Below the pieces are notes generated by a model, which was not told the origin of the DNA, did no database searches, and saw only the letters and a program-made list of their open reading frames with translations. From Octopus bimaculoides (Eukaryota), in the NCBI RefSeq assembly GCF_001194135.2, contig NC_068997.1, positions 9,005,244-9,069,243 on the forward strand: a stretch of DNA of 64,000 bases, read 5' to 3'. Of the stretch, positions 61,890 to 64,000 are shown in pieces. A program made the translations under genes and the position numbers. How positions within the stretch are numbered: position 1 is the first letter of the stretch; each line of letters begins with the position of its first letter.

Positions 61890-62197
61890 TCATTTCAAAG
61901 GTAATGACCATTGACTTGGCGTTTGCGTTGTGATTGTTCTTTCAGGTTTGGTCTCAGTTCTCCATGGCACCCTGGGTAAATGTATCTTAATACAAGTCTC
62001 AGGCTGACCAAATGCTTGAAGTATAAAATTTGGTGGAGTGACTGTTCCTGTTCTTGAATGGCCTACTTCAGCACTGCTATCATCACCAGGGATGACTTCA
62101 GTGGGGTCCCTTCTGTTGCAAACATCTGGAGCAGTTTCTAGTTTGAAGATAACTTCCTCCTTCCCTCCTAGCAATCTCTGAGACATCATTCTTCCTC
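61890..62197 (-). CDS. Probable terminal coding exon of an unidentified gene convergent with PEPD
   Basis: Poly-T tract then AG acceptor at 62199-62198. Phase-1 reading gives GRMMSQRLLGGKEEVIFKLETAPDVCNRRDPTEVIPGDDSS...QWSLPLK*. GC is higher than the flanks, and an AT-rich 3'UTR-like stretch follows. No homology recognised; frame not certain. Confidence 0.45.
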
Positions 62198-64000
62198 CTT
62201 TGATCAAACCATTAAAAAAAAAAAAAAAAAAAAAAATCTTCTACACACGCTCACTTATATAAATTATTCAAAACGACCAAATATTCAACAACAGCATCAA
62301 ATATTATGATTGCCGGCATGAAATAATGTAAGGGGTCCAGACTGAAGACCGAAGCTAGCAATTTTGCACCCCCCCACTCCTATGAATATAATATTTGAAG
62401 CAACATTATCAGATTAAAACTCATTCCTGTCCTATTTTATTAATCCATTCACATCTTTTCATTTAAATATTCACAAAAAAAAAAGAAAAAAAAGAATTGT
62501 GACCTCAATAAACTTGACACGCCTCAACAAAACATAGATTGGTATATAAAACTGCTTTCTGCTGCCAAAGGTAATGATATTTTGAGAGGATATATTTGCT
62601 TAATTAATAAGGGTTAATTAGAAATATGGATTTTATTGTCACACGATAAATTGACCAAACAGTCATAACCAATGTATGAAAATGTATGTTTACCATGTTA
62701 GCCTCCAACAGAAGGCCGGAAGCCAACAGAAGAGAGCCCAAAGACCCACCAATGATTTGTTTAACGCTTCGAATTAGTAAATATACAGTAAGTTTAATAA
62801 CCCAGTTGTTTTATAAATAATGTAAACAGAATGGAGCTAGAAATACACTCATGTATTTCTAGATACACCAAATAGTACAGTGGAGTAAGAGTGTGTAGGG
62901 GGAACTCCAAAAAAAAATTATTATTGTGGATTAGCAGGATCATTAGAGGCTTGAAATAAAAAAAAAAAAATGCTTAGCAATATTTGTTCCAGCTCTTTAT
63001 GTTCTGAGTTCAAACCCTGCTGAGGTTGAACTTTATTTTATTCCTCCCAGGATGAAAATCAAAGTATCAGATAAACAGTGGGTTGACTGCATCGACCAAC
63101 TCCTCATATCAAATTTGCTGACCTTGTGCCTAAATTAGAAATATTACTATTATTATATATATGGTGGGCTTCTTTCAGTTTCTGCCTACCAAATCCACTC
63201 ACAAAGCATGGCAAGTAGAAGACACTCGTCCAAGGTTCCACACGGTGGGACTGAACAAGTAGAAGACACTTGCCTGGTGGGACTGGGCGAGTAGAAGACA
63301 CTCACCCAAGGTTCCACATGCCGGGACTGAACCCGGAACCATGTGGTTGGGAAGCAAGCTTCTTACCACACAGCCACACGTAAGAAAAAAAAATGATAAA
63401 GATGAAAAAGCATAACTGAAAATGATGTGAGTTAAGGTATGCCTGTATTAATTTTCTTTTTTCATCTCATCATCATCATCATCTGATACTAAAACTTGAT
63501 TAATGCTCATAAAATATAGCGCCTTCATTATGCATCTGAAGTACTGAGACAGTTTTCAGAAATATACAAAAGTAAGACAACAACAACAATAAAACAGAAA
63601 TATCAAAATAAATATCCCAACCCTCAGCTGTTTCCAATTGAAATAATATTTTTCCGAGGCCAGATATGTCCTTGTGGAATATTGAAAATGAATGACACTG
63701 CTTGTGTGATGGTGACACTCATTTACAGCTATCACACAATGTCAAGCACACACACACACATAATATGATGGGTTTCTTTCAGTTTCTATCTACCAAATAC
63801 ACTGACAGTGCTTTGGTCGGCTTGGGGCTATAGCAGAAGACACATGCACAAAGTACCACACATGTAGTTTGAAAGCAAATGTTTTACTACACAGCCACAC
63901 CTGTGCCTATAACTGCAGAAACAAAGGTTCCTAGTTCGAATCTAGATGATATTGTGTACATGTAAATGTATCAAGATGAGGTTAATAGTCTGAAATGATA

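Noticed and set aside
62697-62775. Hydrophobic minus-strand segment (IIGGSLGSLLLASGLLL) as penultimate exon of the third gene
   Set aside because: No good acceptor, and its donor phase is incompatible with the long open frame of 62197-61890.

Overview
Eukaryotic, AT-rich, repeat-dense genomic DNA from a gapped draft assembly (11 N-runs). The SINE/RTE repertoire and microsatellite load suggest an octopod cephalopod; this is an inference. Two housekeeping genes lie head-to-head. (1) L-fucose kinase FCSK/FUK is on the minus strand: 14 coding exons reconstructed from 20554 down to 939, one expected exon not found, and the kinase domain lies beyond the left edge. (2) Xaa-Pro dipeptidase PEPD is on the plus strand and complete: 16 exons, 29446-57195, 505 aa, all five metal ligands present. 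A probable terminal exon of a third, unidentified minus-strand gene lies at 61890-62197. Introns hold tRNA-derived SINEs, RTE/L2 LINE remnants, a solo LTR and Penelope-like (PLE) remnants. The region between the two genes and PEPD intron 1 hold DNA transposons (Tc1, a Tol2-like hAT, MITEs). The most unusual signal is a set of minimal hammerhead-ribozyme motifs in small intronic insertions. Two copies share a non-canonical CUGUUGA core. A third core sits in the tail of an element with a tRNA-like Pol III head arranged as a 270-bp palindrome. All homology calls come from recalled protein and motif knowledge, not from searches.
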